Shown here: positions 1 through 8,904 of the stretch, in pieces | Position numbering within the stretch: position 1 is the stretch's first letter | Layout of the letters: each line of letters opens with the position of its first letter | Source of the DNA: Ktedonobacterales bacterium | Lineage (GTDB): Bacteria > Chloroflexota > Ktedonobacteria > Ktedonobacterales > JADMIN01 | NCBI GenBank assembly: GCA_030167145.1 | Contig: CP126532.1 | Span: 3,390,001-3,422,000 of the forward strand | Reading direction: 5' to 3' | DNA length: 32,000 nt | Translations under genes and position numbers: made by a program | Notes under the pieces: model-generated | Told to the model about the DNA's origin: nothing | The model's database searches: none | Seen by the model: the letters and a program-made list of their open reading frames with translations, nothing else

Positions 1-1
1 G

Positions 2-1399
2 CGCTTCCCGGATCACCTAGCCCAGCAGCTAACCGCTTGTCGCATCGAACTGGTGCTCATCGGCCGGTTCTGGCTGACCCTCAAAACCGCCGATGGCACC
101 CGGCGACTGGACGCGCCTGATGACTTTGTGCGCACCGAGATCGAGACGGGGCTACGCTCTGGGAAGATCGTTGTTCCCCTCCCGGTGGACAACGCGACCA
201 TGCCACATGCCGTCCAATTGCCTGCCAGTATTCGCGAGCTAGTCGAGTTCCAAGGTGCGCAGGTGCGAAATGATCCCGACTTTGACACCGATATGCAGCG
301 CCTCATTCGCCAAGTAGAAGGCTGGCTTCGCGTTCCGCCACCCGCCGACACTCGACCGACGCCTGGAGCAACTGTTGGTGGTGTGGGCGAATCGCAAGAT
401 GCGGCAATGCTGCAAGCGCAGATCGAAAAGTTGCTGCAAGAGGTCAGTGCGGTAGGCGATGGCGACCTGCGTGTGCAGGCGGAGGTCACGCCAGACACAC
501 TCGGCGTGCTCGCGGACTCATTCAACTACATGATCGAAGAACTGGCGAAGGTTGTCGGCCGTGTGCAGGCGACTACCTTTCAGGTGACGAACGGGGCCCG
601 GCGTCTGCTGGACCGCTTTGCAGAGGTCGCCGATGCCTCGCAGACCCAGGCATATCAAACCTCGCAAACGATGCAAGCGGTGGCCCAACTTGCCGACTTC
701 GTGCAGCTTACCGCCAGCAACGCTATCTCGGCGGCAGAGGCGGCGCGCGAAACATTGCGGAACGCTGAGGGCGGCCAGCACGCCGTGGTGCAGACCATTG
801 ATGGCATGGTTCACATCCGCGAAAACGTGCAGGAAACCTCAAAGAAGATCAAGCGCCTGGGCGAGCGCTCGCAGGAGGTCGGTGAAATCGTGCGTCTCGT
901 CGAAGACGTTGCCGACCAGACCAACCTCCTTGCGCTCAACGCCGCCATCCAGTCGGCGACGGCTGGCGAACATGGGCGCGGCTTTGCCGTGGTCGCCGAA
1001 GAAATCCGAATGTTGGCTGAACGTGTCACCGAGGCCACCAAGCGTATCGCTACGCTCGTCAAGGGCATTCAAGGCGATACCTATGCAGCAGTTGTCGCCA
1101 TGGAGGAGAGCACCCAGGAGGTCGTCAACGGCTCTCGGTTCGCCGACGAAGCTGGTGAGGCGCTGCGTCGTATCTACTCTGTTGTAGACCATCAGGCGCA
1201 GATGATCGAAGACATCGCCCGCGCCGCCGGCGAGCGTACAGAGGCGGCAGAGAAGGTTGCGAGCGCGATGAGCCGTCTAGACGAGATCACGAGCCAGACC
1301 AACACCGCGATGCAGGATGCCAGCGCCGGGGTAATGTATCTCGCGGAGCTTGCCGAACAGTTGCGCGCCTCTGTTGCCACCTTCCGCCTGTCAGAGTAG
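2..1399 (+). CDS. TIR-like domain (C-terminal part) - HAMP - methyl-accepting chemotaxis (MCP) signalling-domain protein; 5' end lies outside the window
   Basis: The frame is open from nt 2 ([24 protein letters not shown]...), so the ATG at 53 is internal. The N-terminal stretch LVLIGRFW...[12 protein letters not shown]...IVVPLPVD...LP.SIRELV matches the bacterial TIR_2-type core pattern. A HAMP-like [19 protein letters not shown] follows. The canonical MCP hairpin-tip motif is present: [42 protein letters not shown]. No TM helix lies in the visible part. Confidence 0.85.
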   Translation, partial: RFPDHLAQQLTACRIELVLIGRFWLTLKTADGTRRLDAPDDFVRTEIETGLRSGKIVVPLPVDNATMPHAVQLPASIRELVEFQGAQVRNDPDFDTDMQRLIRQVEGWLRVPPPADTRPTPGATVGGVGESQDAAMLQAQIEKLLQEVSAVGDGDLRVQAEVTPDTLGVLADSFNYMIEELAKVVGRVQATTFQVTNGARRLLDRFAEVADASQTQAYQTSQTMQAVAQLADFVQLTASNAISAAEAARETLRNAEGGQHAVVQTIDGMVHIRENVQETSKKIKRLGERSQEVGEIVRLVEDVADQTNLLALNAAIQSATAGEHGRGFAVVAEEIRMLAERVTEATKRIATLVKGIQGDTYAAVVAMEESTQEVVNGSRFADEAGEALRRIYSVVDHQAQMIEDIARAAGERTEAAEKVASAMSRLDEITSQTNTAMQDASAGVMYLAELAEQLRASVATFRLSE

Positions 1400-1657
1400 G
1401 CGACGCAATAGTTGCCAGTGCCGCGCGACTAGGTCGCAACCCTGTTCAGGTGAAGAAGTCAAATATGCGGTTATAGGAGAGAAAACAGCCGCACTCTCCG
1501 CGCTCGCCGCTGCCGTCGTCGCTGCTGGCTCCTAAGCCACAGGAAGCCGATGAACCCCATTGTTGTATGGCCCTTTCTGTTCCGTTTCTGCTCTTCCACT
1601 GTGATCGCTGGGTGATTGTCACTGTGGATGAGCATGCGTGCCAGGTGGTCGTGGCTG

Positions 1658-3271
1658 CTAGCCGCCGGTGACGCGGCGGGTGAAGGCGGCAATGAAGATG
1701 CCTTCGATGAGGAGGCCGAAGACGGCTTCGAGGCCGGAGAGGGCGGTGACGGTGTCGTTCTCGGTGAGACCCTTGGGTTGGAGGCCGCGCCCGTGGAAGG
1801 AGGTGACGCTGAGGACGAAGGAGTCGATGATGTTGCGGACGGTGGGGAGGACGAGCGCGTGATTGGCGCCGATCCAGAAGGCGAGTGCGAAGACGGTGAT
1901 GACGGTGGCGTAGGTGGCGAACAGGCGCCAGATTTCGTCGCCGTAGCCTGCGAAGGTGCCGAGGAGCCAGGAGAAGAGCCAGCGCCCATAGTGGCGGCTG
2001 TGCCAGTGGGCTTTGCGGTCCATGACCTCGGCGCGGTAGTGGTAGCGGGTGGCGGGGGCGGTGAGGCCCTGGCCACGCAGGGCGACAAAGAGCAGGCGGT
2101 AGGCACGACCAGCAGCTTTGTGCTCGGTGATACGCGTCTCGCGCGTCTTGCGTTTCTTGGCATCGGCAGCGGCATCACCAAGGGCAGTACCAGGGGCAGT
2201 ACCAGGGGCAGTACCAGGAGTGCCAGCCGTGGACGCTTTGGCGATCTGCTCATCTTGGAGGGTGCGGATGCGATCCCAGTCCACGGCGGTCAGGTTGACC
2301 GCACCCCAGTGGACATCAGCGAGTTGCGGACCGATGTCGCCCTTGGCTGCTGCTGTCCAGGTGACATCGGACATGTTTGTCGCCGTATCGAAGAAGGCTC
2401 CACTGAGGTCGGCTCCTTCCAGGTGCGCCCAGCTGAGGTCGGCTCCTTCCAGGTGCACCTCGATGAGGGCGGCCCCGTCGAGCTGCGCATAGCTGAGGTT
2501 GGCCCCGTCGAGCCGTGCCGCGCTGAGGGCGGCCCCGTCCAGATGTGCCCGCCCGAGGGTGGCCCCGTCCAGATGTGCCCAGCGGAGATCGACTTGCTCC
2601 AGGTGCGCCTCGTTGAGGTTGGCTTGCTCCAGGCGCGCCCCGAAGAGGTTGGCCCGTTCCAGGTGCGCCGAGCTGTGGTCGGCCCCCTCCAGATGCGCCC
2701 AGCTGAGGTTGGCCCCTTCCAGGTGCGCCTCGTTGAGGTTGGCGCCCTCCAGGTGCGCCCCGAAGAGGTTGGCGCCCTCCAGGTGCGCGGACCCGAGGTA
2801 CGCCCCGTCGAGGTGCGCCTCGCGGAGGTTGGCGCCCTCCAAGTGCGCCCCGAAGAGGTTGGCGCCCTCCAGGTGAAGGGGTGACAGATCCAGAGAAACC
2901 CGCAGAAGTATAGATATTCCGCTATATATTCCGCCCATATCCTCATCGTCGCGCGAGGCAAGCAGTTGTGCCTCCGCTTTGGCGAGATCCCCGTCGAGCC
3001 CGGCCAATGCCAGTGCGGCGAGCCAGAAGACCTCGGCGCCGGTGAGGCGCATGCCCTTGAGGGCACTACCCTCCGCGCTGCGCTGGGCATCGGGTTGGGC
3101 GGCCCAGGCACGTTGCTGCTCGGTGAGGTCACGCAGGTCGGACATGCGGCTTTCGGACGGCGTATAGCCATTGACGGCGTCGAGCCAGGATGCTTTGGAG
3201 GGGTCGGGGACGGCTGGTGGCATGGATCCGGGCTGGGGTTGGTCGGCTTGGTCGGCTTGGTCGTCGCTCAT
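1658..3271 (-). CDS. Pentapeptide-repeat protein fused to a C-terminal 2-TM ion-channel-like (Ion_trans_2-type) module
   Basis: 537-aa ORF with about 30 consecutive A(D/N)LxG-type pentapeptides (HLEGANLFGAHLEGANLREAHLDGAYL...). The C-terminus has FSWLLGTFAGYGDE (pore-like GYGD), flanked by hydrophobic helices. AGGAG lies 8 nt before the ATG at 3271. Confidence 0.85.
   Translation of the reverse strand: MSDDQADQADQPQPGSMPPAVPDPSKASWLDAVNGYTPSESRMSDLRDLTEQQRAWAAQPDAQRSAEGSALKGMRLTGAEVFWLAALALAGLDGDLAKAEAQLLASRDDEDMGGIYSGISILLRVSLDLSPLHLEGANLFGAHLEGANLREAHLDGAYLGSAHLEGANLFGAHLEGANLNEAHLEGANLSWAHLEGADHSSAHLERANLFGARLEQANLNEAHLEQVDLRWAHLDGATLGRAHLDGAALSAARLDGANLSYAQLDGAALIEVHLEGADLSWAHLEGADLSGAFFDTATNMSDVTWTAAAKGDIGPQLADVHWGAVNLTAVDWDRIRTLQDEQIAKASTAGTPGTAPGTAPGTALGDAAADAKKRKTRETRITEHKAAGRAYRLLFVALRGQGLTAPATRYHYRAEVMDRKAHWHSRHYGRWLFSWLLGTFAGYGDEIWRLFATYATVITVFALAFWIGANHALVLPTVRNIIDSFVLSVTSFHGRGLQPKGLTENDTVTALSGLEAVFGLLIEGIFIAAFTRRVTGG
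2395..2880 (-). repeat. Coding tandem repeats with 15/30-nt period (pentapeptide units), several copies identical at DNA level
   Basis: Exact 20-nt repeats 30 nt apart, e.g. ggccccgtccagatgtgccc at 2531 and 2561, and gaggtcggctccttccaggtgc at 2405 and 2435. gaggttggcgccctccaggtgcgc recurs between 2735 and 2870. All are in frame within the pentapeptide CDS. Confidence 0.8.
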
Positions 3272-3432
3272 GTCGTCTTCTCCTAGTCTGCATCAATCAC
3301 GTATGGCTCGTGTATGCGCATGCTGTAGGTTTCGGCGTAGGTATAGGGTGCATGTAAATGACAGCAATGTCACCCGCTGGTGCTCGGTGCAGGAAGAAGA
3401 GGTCGCGGTGGGATACACAACCGTGAACCTGC

Positions 3433-4998
3433 TTAGAAGCCTAACTGCCAGCGTATTGCCAAACGATTCCACTCCGAAAAAGTGTCTAGATTCCCCCTCG
3501 GTGGTCTGTCAATTGGCGGCCTGGAATTATCTGCCGTGATGGTTACATGAGGCAACGATTCAACGGGTGTCTCTCTAATCAGGTCATTCAGGAGCTTCAC
3601 GACTTCTTCAAAGAGCCTATCGACCAGTACTGCAGGCTGCACGAGACTCAGCCCTGAGCCAAGCGAGCGGACTCCCCAACTCCCTCGCCCGCCCATTGCA
3701 TCCATCGCCGAAAGAATCTTCACCTCCTCCTCTCCCGGCAAGCCGATGCGCGTCTCGGCTTTGCCATCTTGGAAGTACGTCACCCCCTGCAGGGCTGCTC
3801 CATGCACCGAGTTGCGCAGTAAGCGCAGTATCGTCAATGTATGCTCACCCGGCGCACCCGGATCCACTACGGCGGCGAGGGCTGGTGCTCGGGCTGCAAC
3901 GCGCTTGAGCCAATCTTCGAGTTGCCAGCCTGCACTGCGCTCGCCTCTAGACAAGGTGAGCACTTGGTGCGCGACGCGCGCAGCCACATCAACCGCTCCC
4001 ATGAGTGACACGAGTACGTTATCCAGGCAGCCGAGCGCCTCGTCAGAGGTGTCATTGTTTGTCGGCAGGTTCAGAGCGATGTGCACGTCGTCTCGTTCCT
4101 GCAGGGCTTTTGCCACACGGCTCAGCAGCGATCCGCTGAGCAGTGCGAGCTTGTCATTTCCCGTTCCCGATGCGTGTTGAACACACGCGCTGAACCACCG
4201 CCATGCTTCCGGCAGGAGTTCCCGAGCGCCTACCCAATAGTAGAGGCCTCGATTAAAGCGAAACCTGAAGTCTGGTACGCCAGCAGTGACACCAGTGGGC
4301 AAGACAAACTCGCGCTGCGCCCGCAAGTACAGCGCGATAAGTGGTATGGCCTCTTCGAGTGTACAAGCGGTCACGCCTGCCTTGGATACGAACGTACTCC
4401 CGCTGTGGAGGTAGGGACGTTCGGTGATAAACAAGTCGGCATTAACTGCTTGGTCAGCAACCTGGAGCGCCAGCATATCCATCTCGCGCTTCTCGGCTTG
4501 TTGTTCAGGATCAAGCTCCGTATATACCGGTTGAGACTTATCGTTCCTTGCGAGCTCGACCATGTTGCCTCGCACGCCGCCGACTGTATAGCTTTGTTCG
4601 GGCTTTGTGCTATACACGACCGGCCGATAGCGATAGCCGTTACTTTCCTCCAAAGGGTAGGCCACGGCCCATCCCGCATAGATCGGATGTAGTGGTTGGC
4701 GCGGTGAAAGGTCTACAGGTTGTATGTCAGTTGGAGGAAGCCCATCCGTATATCTGTACCATTCAACCACGTCGCTGCCGAGCAACGCCAAGAGCACGGT
4801 GGCTTTGTCCAGTTGCCCCCCAGACGCCTTGACCTCTATGAGTTCAACGTCTACGAGCACCCGCAGCTTACGGAGGGCCTTCCGCGCGGAAAATAAGGTT
4901 GGCACGTCGCTGGGGTTCTTAGGCCAGTCAGACTTAGATGGCCTACGGGTCACATTCTTGAAGTGTTTGATCATATTCGATGCCTGCTTTATGTTCAT
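3433..4998 (-). CDS. Hypothetical protein, 521 aa, no family recognised; last gene of the R-M-associated array
   Basis: Longest ORF here, with balanced composition; the overlapping frames are P/S/R-rich junk. The C-terminal half looks helical and contains LRLLRNSVHGAAL (R-x6-H or R-x3-H, only loosely HEPN-like). The start is uncertain: there is no clear SD before ATG 4998, and ATG 4974 is an alternative. Confidence 0.7.
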   Translation of the reverse strand: MNIKQASNMIKHFKNVTRRPSKSDWPKNPSDVPTLFSARKALRKLRVLVDVELIEVKASGGQLDKATVLLALLGSDVVEWYRYTDGLPPTDIQPVDLSPRQPLHPIYAGWAVAYPLEESNGYRYRPVVYSTKPEQSYTVGGVRGNMVELARNDKSQPVYTELDPEQQAEKREMDMLALQVADQAVNADLFITERPYLHSGSTFVSKAGVTACTLEEAIPLIALYLRAQREFVLPTGVTAGVPDFRFRFNRGLYYWVGARELLPEAWRWFSACVQHASGTGNDKLALLSGSLLSRVAKALQERDDVHIALNLPTNNDTSDEALGCLDNVLVSLMGAVDVAARVAHQVLTLSRGERSAGWQLEDWLKRVAARAPALAAVVDPGAPGEHTLTILRLLRNSVHGAALQGVTYFQDGKAETRIGLPGEEEVKILSAMDAMGGRGSWGVRSLGSGLSLVQPAVLVDRLFEEVVKLLNDLIRETPVESLPHVTITADNSRPPIDRPPRGNLDTFSEWNRLAIRWQLGF

Positions 4999-5037
4999 GG
5001 CGCCAGCGTATCATCTGTTTGGCCTTCCATGCGAAGG

Positions 5038-5373
5038 TCAGTTGCCAGGTGACACTGGCAGCTCTGTTGTGATCGGTGGACGGTCCAGGTAGGTGTCTTG
5101 GAGGGAGTCGTCCCAGATGGCGGCGTAGTGGCCAGCCTCGGCGTCGGTGCCGCGAATGAGGCGGTAGGACATGTTGCTGGCTTTGGCGGTTTGCTCGGCG
5201 GGAGCCTGCTTTGTCTGGACGATGGGGGCGTCTGTCTGGTGGCCAGCAGTGCTGGGAATGAGGAGGACCCACATCTGGCGCGGACGAGCTTCATCCCAGG
5301 TACGCCACAAGAAGTAGCGATAGGCGCCCATGAGGATGGCGCCGTTGTCGTGTAGCTGGTGCGTGAATACCAT
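5038..5373 (-). CDS. Small DUF1643-like protein (short or degenerate)
   Basis: 111-aa ORF. AYRYFLWRTWDE...MWVLLIPSTAGHQTDAPIV resembles the DUF1643 N-terminal signature (yRY.L.R.W... l.fi.lNPStAd...DpTi), and NMSYRLIRGTDAE weakly resembles the NLFA.RaTdP segment. It is shorter than typical family members, and the Asn of NPST is replaced (IPST). The competing ORF 4995-5393 has off-frame P/S/T composition. Confidence 0.45.
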   Translation of the reverse strand: MVFTHQLHDNGAILMGAYRYFLWRTWDEARPRQMWVLLIPSTAGHQTDAPIVQTKQAPAEQTAKASNMSYRLIRGTDAEAGHYAAIWDDSLQDTYLDRPPITTELPVSPGN

Positions 5374-5521
5374 GGTATAGGCCTTCGTTTCACAGGCTCC
5401 GTGTGTGTCAGATCATGTCACATGCGCCGAGGCGTAGGTGGTGCGGGCGCACCGCATCCGCATAAATCCGCAGCATGTGCGGCGGGCCGCACCGTGCGAG
5501 AAGCATCTCACAAGAGCGGGG

Positions 5522-8500
5522 TTAGCTGGCGAGGGTGGGGGAAGCGTAGGGGTGGTGGGTGGCGTCGGCGTAGGCGTCGTAGATGTGCTGGTAGAGGGCG
5601 TCGCATTTGGCGGCATAGGCGGTGGGGGTATAGGCGGCGGGAAGCTCGGTGTCGAGGACGGCGCGAATGGTGGTGAGGACGGCGGCGCGGGTGGCCTGGC
5701 GTTTCTTCCAGTCGAGGACGAGGTTCTGGTGTTTGAGGGTGGCGAGGAGGTCGCGGGCGGCGGTCTTGACCTGGTCGCGTTCTTTCTCGGTGAGGTGCGG
5801 GTCGGGGCGGGTGAGCAGATCGAAGATGGCGAGTTCTTCTTCGGTGAGGCGCTCGGCGGCGGCGCGCTGCTCTTCCGCAGTGAGGGAACGGGCGAGGGCG
5901 ACAAGTTGCTGGAAGAAGAGTTCGACGTTGAGGCTGCCGGTGTTGTAGTCGTCTATGAGGCGCTGGTAGGTGGCGAGATAGCTGGTGCGGCCACGGTTGA
6001 GGCGGACCATGCGGGCGAGGGTGGCGTTGATCTGGCTGCGGAGCTTTGCGGCTTCGGTGTGCTTGCGCGCGGTGGCGAACTGGGCCTGGAGCACGTCGAA
6101 GTCGAGCTGGCTGAGGTCTACGGGTTGGTGGGCGCTGGTGGTCGTACTGGCGCTGGGGTCGCCGTTGGCGTTGGTTGCGTCGGGCGCGCTGGTGACGGCG
6201 CGGATGAGGTAGCTGACGGGGAGGATGGAGGCGTCCAAGAGCTGGTTGAGGTCGTGCTTGAAGTCTTCGGGGAGCTTGCCGGTTTCTTCGATGGAGCGGA
6301 TCATGCGCGCGAGGACGGCGAAGAGGGCGACACGGGGCGCGAAGCGGTTTGCGGTGGGGTCGGGCAGGATGGCGCGGTAGAGTCCGGCGACGTGGGCGGC
6401 ATGGGCGAGGAAACGGCGCTTGGTGTCGTCGTTGGTGGTGAGGGCATCGAGGGCATCTTCAAGCAGGGCGATGCGCTGGAAGGGGTCAGTGGTGGCCTGG
6501 ATGGTGGCGGGGGTGACGCCGTGCTGCTGGCAGAAGGTGGTGGCGTCGTTGAGGGCAGCTTCGAGGGCTTCGACGAGTTGGTGCTTCTCCTGGATGGGGA
6601 GATCGCCAGCGGTGGTCGCGCCGCCGACACCTGCGCCATAGATGGCGAGCGCTTTTTGCAGGTTGCGGAAGATGCCGATGTAGTCCACGATGAGGCCGTT
6701 GGTTTTGTCGCCGAAGACGCGATTGGCGCGGGCGATGGTCTGCATGAGGGTGTGGTTGCGCTGGGGTTTATCGAGGTAGATGGTGGTGACGCTGGGGACA
6801 TCGAAGCCGGTCATCCACATAGCGCAGACGAAGACGAGGCGCAGCGGGTCGGCGGGGGCTTTGAACTTGGTTTCGAGGTCTTCGGTGACCATGCGGCGGC
6901 GGTGGGGTACGATGTCCGCGCCCTTCTTTTGCAGGTCGGTGACTTCGTTTTGCGAGGGGGAGACGACGACGGCCATATCGGTGGTTTCCATGTAGCGGAT
7001 GCGGGCGGCGAGGTCGTCGCGCTGGTCGGGCTGATCGGCTGGGATGAGGGGAAGCTGGGCGCGGAGGCGGTCGAGGTAGGCTTGCCAGGCGCGCTTGACG
7101 TGATCGTACATGCGTACAGCGGTGGCTTTATCTATGGAGACGACCATCGCTTTGCCGAGCTGGCCGCGCTGCATGAAGTGGGCGACGAGATCGTCGGCGA
7201 TGGTGGCGAGGCGTTCGCTGCGGGTGATGAGCTGGTATTCGCGGAGGAACTCGCGGTCGAGCTTCTGTTGCTGGGCGTCGTCGAGGTCGGCGGCTTCGAT
7301 GGCGTCGGCGATGTCGGTATCGAGGGCGGCGTTGGTGAGTTCGAGTTCGGGGATGCGGTTTTCGTAGTAGAGCGGTACGGTGGTGCCGTCTTCGACGCTC
7401 TGGCGGAAGTTGTAGACGCTGACGTAGTCGCCGAAGACCTGGCGGGTTTTCTCTTCGGTGGCGATGAGCGGGGTGCCGGTGAAGGCGAGGAAGGCGGCGC
7501 GCGGTAGGGCGTTCCGCATGTTGAGGGCGAGGGTGTCGTACTGGCTGCGGTGGGCTTCGTCGGTGATGACGATGAGATCGGAGCGGTCGGAGAGGGTGGG
7601 GTAGCGCGTGCCTGGCTCGGTGTGGAACTTTTGAATGAGGGTGAAGACGTAGCGATGGTCGGCGCGGAGCAGTTGCTGGAGGTGAGCGCCGCTGTTGGCG
7701 TGGACCTCCTTCTCTGGCTCGGTGACGGCGCCCGCGCTGGCAAAGGTTTTGTAGATCTGGTCGTCGAGTTCCTGGCGGTCGGTGACGATGAGGAAGGTCC
7801 AGTTGCCGGGGAGCTTGCGCAGCACCTTTTGGGCGAAGAAGACCATGGAAAGGCTTTTGCCGCTGCCCTGGGTGTGCCAGAAGACGCCGAGACGGCCCTG
7901 ATTCTCGCGGATGGAGCGGGTGGCGGCGAGGGCGTTGTTGACGCCGAGGTACTGGTGATTTTTGGCGAGCAGCTTGATGGTGGGGCCGGTGGCGTCGCTA
8001 AAGAGGGTGAAGTTTTCGATGTAGTCGAGCAGGCGGGTGGGGTCGCAGAGGCCACGCAGGGCGGTATCGAGGGAGACGATGCCCTGCTCGCCCTCCTCGG
8101 AACGGCTCGGAGGGGCTTCACCTCGCCTACGGCTCGGCTCGCCCTCGCTGGTGATGCGTTTCCACTCGAAGAAGTGTTCCCAGCCAGCGGTGAGGCTGCC
8201 GATGCGAGTCTCGCGGCCATTGGAGAGCAGGATGAGGGCGTTGTACCAGAAGAGGTGGGGGATACTGGTTTTGTAGTCGGTGAGGTTGTGGTCGTAGGCG
8301 TCTTGCAGGCGGCGATGGGCGGCTTTAAGTTCGATAAAGACGAGGGGAAGGCCGTTGACGAAGCCGAGCAGGTCGGGGCGGCGGTGGTAGATGTCGCCGT
8401 TGACGCGGAGTTGGGAGACGAGGAGCAGGTCGTTGTTGGCGGGGGTGGACCAGTCTATGACGGTGATACGCAGGTCTTGCCCTTCGGCGGCTTGGGGGCT

Positions 8501-8842
8501 GTCGCTGGCGCTGTTGGTGTCGGAGGTGCGGATGCGGACGGGGACGCCGTCTTTGAGGAGGCGGTAGACATCGTGGTTGGCGGCGACGGGGGTTTGGGTG
8601 GAGCGGTCGCGGGTGAGTTCGGCGATGGCGGCTGCGATGGCGGCGGCGGGCGCGGTGGGGTTGAGGCGCTGGAGGGCGGGACGGAGACGCTGGGTGAGGA
8701 CGACTTCGGCGCGGGTCTCGCGGCCAAGCGTGCCGGTGGGGCCGTAGGTTTCGTCGAAGGCGTTGAGGGTTTGCCAGCCGAGGGCGGCAAACAAGGCGAT
8801 GGCGGGCTGTTCGATGAGGGCGTCTTCGGAATAGGTGCGCAT
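5522..8842 (-). CDS. hsdR: Type I restriction enzyme, R (restriction/helicase) subunit
   Basis: N-terminus YSEDALIEQPAIALFAALGW is typical of HsdR_N. SF2 helicase motifs are present: WHTQGSGKSLSM (Walker A/motif I), VITDEAHRSQ (DEAH), FTGTP. The C-terminal LTEEELAIFDLLT is typical of the HsdR C-terminal helical domain. Start assigned to ATG 8842, preceded by AGGAG about 10 nt upstream; the ORF track's 8893 start adds an R/P-rich leader. Confidence 0.95.
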   Translation of the reverse strand: MRTYSEDALIEQPAIALFAALGWQTLNAFDETYGPTGTLGRETRAEVVLTQRLRPALQRLNPTAPAAAIAAAIAELTRDRSTQTPVAANHDVYRLLKDGVPVRIRTSDTNSASDSPQAAEGQDLRITVIDWSTPANNDLLLVSQLRVNGDIYHRRPDLLGFVNGLPLVFIELKAAHRRLQDAYDHNLTDYKTSIPHLFWYNALILLSNGRETRIGSLTAGWEHFFEWKRITSEGEPSRRRGEAPPSRSEEGEQGIVSLDTALRGLCDPTRLLDYIENFTLFSDATGPTIKLLAKNHQYLGVNNALAATRSIRENQGRLGVFWHTQGSGKSLSMVFFAQKVLRKLPGNWTFLIVTDRQELDDQIYKTFASAGAVTEPEKEVHANSGAHLQQLLRADHRYVFTLIQKFHTEPGTRYPTLSDRSDLIVITDEAHRSQYDTLALNMRNALPRAAFLAFTGTPLIATEEKTRQVFGDYVSVYNFRQSVEDGTTVPLYYENRIPELELTNAALDTDIADAIEAADLDDAQQQKLDREFLREYQLITRSERLATIADDLVAHFMQRGQLGKAMVVSIDKATAVRMYDHVKRAWQAYLDRLRAQLPLIPADQPDQRDDLAARIRYMETTDMAVVVSPSQNEVTDLQKKGADIVPHRRRMVTEDLETKFKAPADPLRLVFVCAMWMTGFDVPSVTTIYLDKPQRNHTLMQTIARANRVFGDKTNGLIVDYIGIFRNLQKALAIYGAGVGGATTAGDLPIQEKHQLVEALEAALNDATTFCQQHGVTPATIQATTDPFQRIALLEDALDALTTNDDTKRRFLAHAAHVAGLYRAILPDPTANRFAPRVALFAVLARMIRSIEETGKLPEDFKHDLNQLLDASILPVSYLIRAVTSAPDATNANGDPSASTTTSAHQPVDLSQLDFDVLQAQFATARKHTEAAKLRSQINATLARMVRLNRGRTSYLATYQRLIDDYNTGSLNVELFFQQLVALARSLTAEEQRAAAERLTEEELAIFDLLTRPDPHLTEKERDQVKTAARDLLATLKHQNLVLDWKKRQATRAAVLTTIRAVLDTELPAAYTPTAYAAKCDALYQHIYDAYADATHHPYASPTLAS

Positions 8843-8904
8843 GGTGGGTGGTCTCCTACGTGGCGGGAAGTTGAAAGTGCGCGACGGGCGCATGCCGTGC
8901 GCCC

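Noticed and set aside
1476-1499. Hairpin ggagag-12 nt-ctctcc between the convergent MCP and pentapeptide genes, considered as a terminator
   Set aside because: It has only a 6-bp stem with a large loop and no U-tract on either strand. This is too weak to annotate as a feature.
2395-2880. Regular 30-nt periodicity with exact repeats that superficially resembles a CRISPR array
   Set aside because: There are no unique spacers between the repeats. The periodicity is in frame and encodes consecutive pentapeptide repeats within a 537-aa ORF.
4995-5393. 132-aa minus-strand ORF competing with the DUF1643-like ORF
   Set aside because: Its P/S/T/R-rich composition indicates an off-frame reading. The 5038-5373 frame carries the YRYFLWRTWDE...PST signature.
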